Source of the DNA: Harriotta raleighana | Lineage: Eukaryota | NCBI GenBank assembly: GCA_050575255.1 | Contig: JBNZDD010013730.1 | Span: 1,350,559 to 1,414,558, forward strand | Direction: 5' to 3' | Length of the DNA stretch: 64,000 nt | Part shown: positions 60,149 to 64,000 of the stretch, piece by piece | Layout: every line of letters starts with the position of its first letter | Numbering within the stretch: position 1 is the first letter of the stretch | Position numbers and translations under genes: made by a program | The notes under the pieces: generated by a model | The model's input: only the letters and a program-made list of their open reading frames with translations | Database searches by the model: none | What the model was told of the DNA's origin: nothing

Positions 60149-63100
60149 AGAGGAGGTTTAAATTGCCTTCTTCCCACCCCCTCCAAGAATTGTTCCGTGG
60201 GAGACAGTCAGCAAGTGGAGTTATGCATCAACTTTTCTTTTTCTACTTCAACCAATGAACACGGACAAACTAGCGTTCTCAGGACTTGCTGGGATAATCA
60301 CAACACACTCGGAGCCAGTTTACAATGTTGCCTCTAGTTTTTTTTTAAAAAAGATTGCCTTTTAAATGAAACAATCCATATCGCAGCGTAACAGAACATA
60401 AAGATAATGGACTGGGTTCAAAGCTAAGTGTGTCCACCCAAATAACAAGCTAAAAACCTTTATTGTACTAGTGCCCAGTGTACATGAATTACACTGTAAC
60501 AGCAAAGCGTTCTCAGATTCACTCCCAACACTGCAAACCCCCCCCTCCCCACCCCAACCCTCCATTGCCACCCACCCACCCCAACACATCAACGTGTCCC
60601 CCACCCACCCCCAACACAGTGAGGGCCTACCCCACCTCCCCAACACAACAAGGCCCCACCCACCCCCAACACATAGAGGCCCATGTAGATCTGATCTGGA
60701 AAGGGCGGATCTGCTGCTCCCACTTAGTGTGGTGGCAGATGTTACATGATCAAACGTACAGAGGTGCAAACCCACTACTAACCAGGGTCTGGGCCCAAAT
60801 CCCACCGATACTCACTCTCAAGAGGATCAGCCCAAAAGCACTAGGAATGCTGAAAATGAAGATCAACAGGTTTAAATGCACGAGAGCACGCCCCCACCAC
60901 TAACCCCAACAGGTGTCTGTCCTGACAAGACATCCCTGTAGCTAATTTAGCATTATTTAATGCAAAACAGTGGGGGGAGGCCACCTTCTGAAACATCACT
61001 GCTCATGTTCTGCACGTGGATAGATGCAGTCCTCACACCCGGAGACAAACGGGGAAAATTTCTCCTCGCATATTTAACAGGAACACCTGTGAATTCACCA
61101 CGACGACAACGACGACGACGCAGATTTATACAGCGCCCTCACTCCCCGCCCAGACGACGTCTCAGAGCGCTTCACCAAGGCCGAGCCAGGGGCGAGGGGG
61201 AAAAACGTGATCAAAAGCGCAGTCGGACAGAAAAGTCTTGAGGCACAACGTGAAAATTGGGACGATCTCCTGAACATGAAAGGCGCTGTCTATACGAGTG
61301 TCAATTTGTTGTTGTTGCAGAGGGGGCGNTCCTGAACATGAAAGGCGCTGTCTATACGAGTGTCAATTTGTTGTTGTTGTTGCAGAGGGGGCTNGTTGTT
61401 GCAGAGGGGGCGTGGGGTGCAGAGGAGTTTTGAACACAAGAGTGAGGATCTTGAAATCGATGCACTCTTGAGACAGAGAGCTAGTGAAGTTTGGCAAGGA
61501 ACTCAGGTAATCGGGGAGCGAAGTTTTGGGTTCTTGGTGAAAATGAAGAGGATTGATTAAATATGTGAAATAAAATTAACACAAGGGGCATGACACACTT
61601 CAGATGTTAACATAATCCAGCACCTGAGTCCCACCATTTGCATTGTACAGTATACAATCATACAATACCACTTTACAATTGTTTCGTGCCTTTCAAGTCG
61701 AGAGGACGTCTCAAGGCACTGGACGGCCATAGAGTGGGGGAGGGAGAAGGCAGAAAGCCCGAAGGCCCGACTACCGATGGTGGGGTGGGCCGGGCGGGGA
61801 AACATCCACACTCCTCCAGTACACGCAAAGTCAAGCTGCCTATTATTGAGCAATTCCCCCCTCCTCTGGGGCAGTGACCTCTGAAGGGATTCACCCACAT
61901 TCTGCCAGCAACCTTCAACAAACACTATGTTCAGTGTGATTCACTGCGTGTGTGTCGTTCCGCACCCCCCCCCCCCCCTCTCCTCCCCTCCCCCCCGCCT
62001 CCCCGCCGGTCAGTAACCCAGACTCCTTGAACTTCAGGGACCAGATGGGATTGGCTGACCAGAGTTGCTTCTGCGCACGGTGTCCAGAGATCCAGTCAAT
62101 TCACTGAGACGAGGTGGTGAAGCTGGAATGGAGACGGGTGTGGGATGGAGTGCTGGATGGGGAGCGTGATGGGGGATGGGAAGGTTGAGTGGAGGAGCGA
62201 GGTGGAGTGTGGGGGGAGGGGGGGGTGGTGGGGAGGAGGGGTGTCACAGCCCATTAACAACAATAACAAATTGGGGTCACTTCAAATCCACGGGTGCTCG
62301 TGGGGGACGCCGCCGTGCGCAATTGGCTGCCGCGTTTCCCCCCCGCGAACGTACACTAGTTCAATTCAGTTCGCAGCAGAGTCCGTACAGGGCATTGAGA
62401 CGCCTCGAAGACGCGGAGAGAGCCATACCAAATGCAAGGATTATTATTATTATATTAGTATTAGTATTATTGCTATTATTATGTGCACACACAGACAGGC
62501 AGGAATTCAGGAACCTGCCCCCTTGTGCAGTCAGACAAGAGAATATCTCCACTATATTATACACTGCTGTACTTGCCAACTAACTCTCAAGAACAGATCA
62601 GGGCAGGCAGGAAACCTCTGGGACTGTAACACAACCAGGAACTGACTGGACTGAGAAACCCCCCCCCAGCCCCCACACACCCACTAACTGTACAAGACTT
62701 TATTGAACACAGGCAGGTGTAGGGTGGGGGGTGTGGGGGAATTACTCAGCGATTTAGCAATAACAGCTCTAAGTCAATTAATAACTCTCCACCCACCCAC
62801 TCCCACACACACACACACCCACACACAAAGCAGCAAAGTTGATCACGTTCAGAGTCGAAACGAATACGCTGTAATGCACTGGGTATGAAACAGTTTGGGA
62901 GAAAATCACAGCTCCTGACTCCTGAACCGAGTTCAGCAGCAAAACCAACAAGCCAGGCAGGGGCCACTGTCTCTGGATTAACTTGTTCAATTTAGCACTT
63001 GCTGGGTTTTTCCCCCCCTGGGGTGTGTGTGTGTAACAGAGAGAGAGAGAGAAATAAAGTTAGTTCCTGTTTATAGACACGTTTCCTCATCAACTAGTCC

Positions 63101-63506
63101 ACAGCCAAGATCTCTCTGCCTATCTATCTATCTTTCTATCTTGTCTATCTGTCTACCTATCTCTCAATCTCTGTCTCTCTCTCTCTCTATATACATTATA
63201 TATATATATACACACACACATATATATATCTCTCTCTGTATCTCTGTAGTTAAACACAGCTTTTGGGTCAACTAGTTCCTGAAAAGTCAGGAGGGAGAGA
63301 GAGAGAGAGAGAAAGGAGAGTAAGTAAGGATGAACACAGCTTTTGGGTCAACTAGTTCCTGAAAAGTCAGGAGGGAGAGAGAGAGAGAGAGAAAGGAGAG
63401 TAAGTAAGGATGGGAGAGAGGGAAGTGGGGGTNGCCTATCTATCTATCTTTCTATCTTGTCTATCTGTCTACCTATCTCTCTGTCTCTCTCTCTCTCTAT
63501 ATACAT

Positions 63507-63540
<34 letters not shown>

Positions 63541-63682
63541 TATATATATATCTCTCTCTGTATCTCTGTAGTTAAACACAGCTTTTGGGTCAACTAGTTC
63601 CTGAAAAGTCAGGAGGGAGAGAGAGAGAGAGAAAGGAGAGTAAGTAAGGATGGGAGAGAGAGAGAGAGAGAATTGTACTCAC

Positions 63683-63850
63683 CTGATTCCAAGTACTGTT
63701 GAGTGTTGTCTGTGTCTATGTGTGTGTTCCTCAAGTCTGCAAGTGGAAGGGAGGGTGGAAAGGAGGGAGGGAGAGAGAGAGAGAGAAAGGAAGGAGGCAA
63801 AAGAGAAAGGAAAGAGCCAAGTGACAGACAGATGGACAGATCACTCACTC
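63683..63850 (-). other. ELOVL1: Candidate ELOVL1 non-coding first exon (5' limit uncertain)
   Basis: Strong CAG|gtgagt donor at 63683/63682; the ATG exon has an acceptor, so an upstream exon is required. Confidence 0.45.
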
Positions 63851-64000
63851 ACTTTACTCACACACACACAGAGGAGAAAGAGAAAGAGAGAGAGAGAGAA
63901 AGAGCCTGGTACAACTCAGTGCCAAGACCACACCCCTGTATGAATCATCCATCCATGACACATTTCTTAAATAGTCCTAGCTCTCCAGCTCTCTCTCTCT

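Overview
Vertebrate genomic DNA, intron-rich and dense in repeats. The SINE, L2, CR1 and Penelope content suggests a cartilaginous fish, probably a chimaera such as Callorhinchus (inference). I reconstructed three genes by reading GT-AG sites and checking exon phases by hand. (1) SZT2, the KICSTOR scaffold: minus strand, 44 coding exons from ATG 36020 down to 2054, continuing off the left edge. (2) MED8: plus strand, complete, 7 coding exons 36328-41664, 269 aa, head-to-head with SZT2 across about 300 bp. (3) ELOVL1: minus strand, complete CDS, 7 coding exons 55686-44303, 305 aa, tail-to-tail with MED8. Introns hold tRNA-headed and Deu-type SINEs, L2 3' fragments, CR1 tails, TA-flanked Tigger/pogo-like MITEs, a Penelope-like end with a degenerate minimal hammerhead motif, tandem repeats and assembly gaps. 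Most entries in the ORF track are spurious. I found no clearly new biological system. The best leads are a duplicated SZT2 exon fragment with phase-compatible splice sites, an unexplained ~960-bp composite insertion that splits a SINE, the hammerhead remnant, a MED8 last exon bracketed by donor motifs, a putative SZT2 5'UTR intron containing a uORF, and ELOVL1 apparently inverted relative to human. All homology calls come from remembered sequences, not searches.
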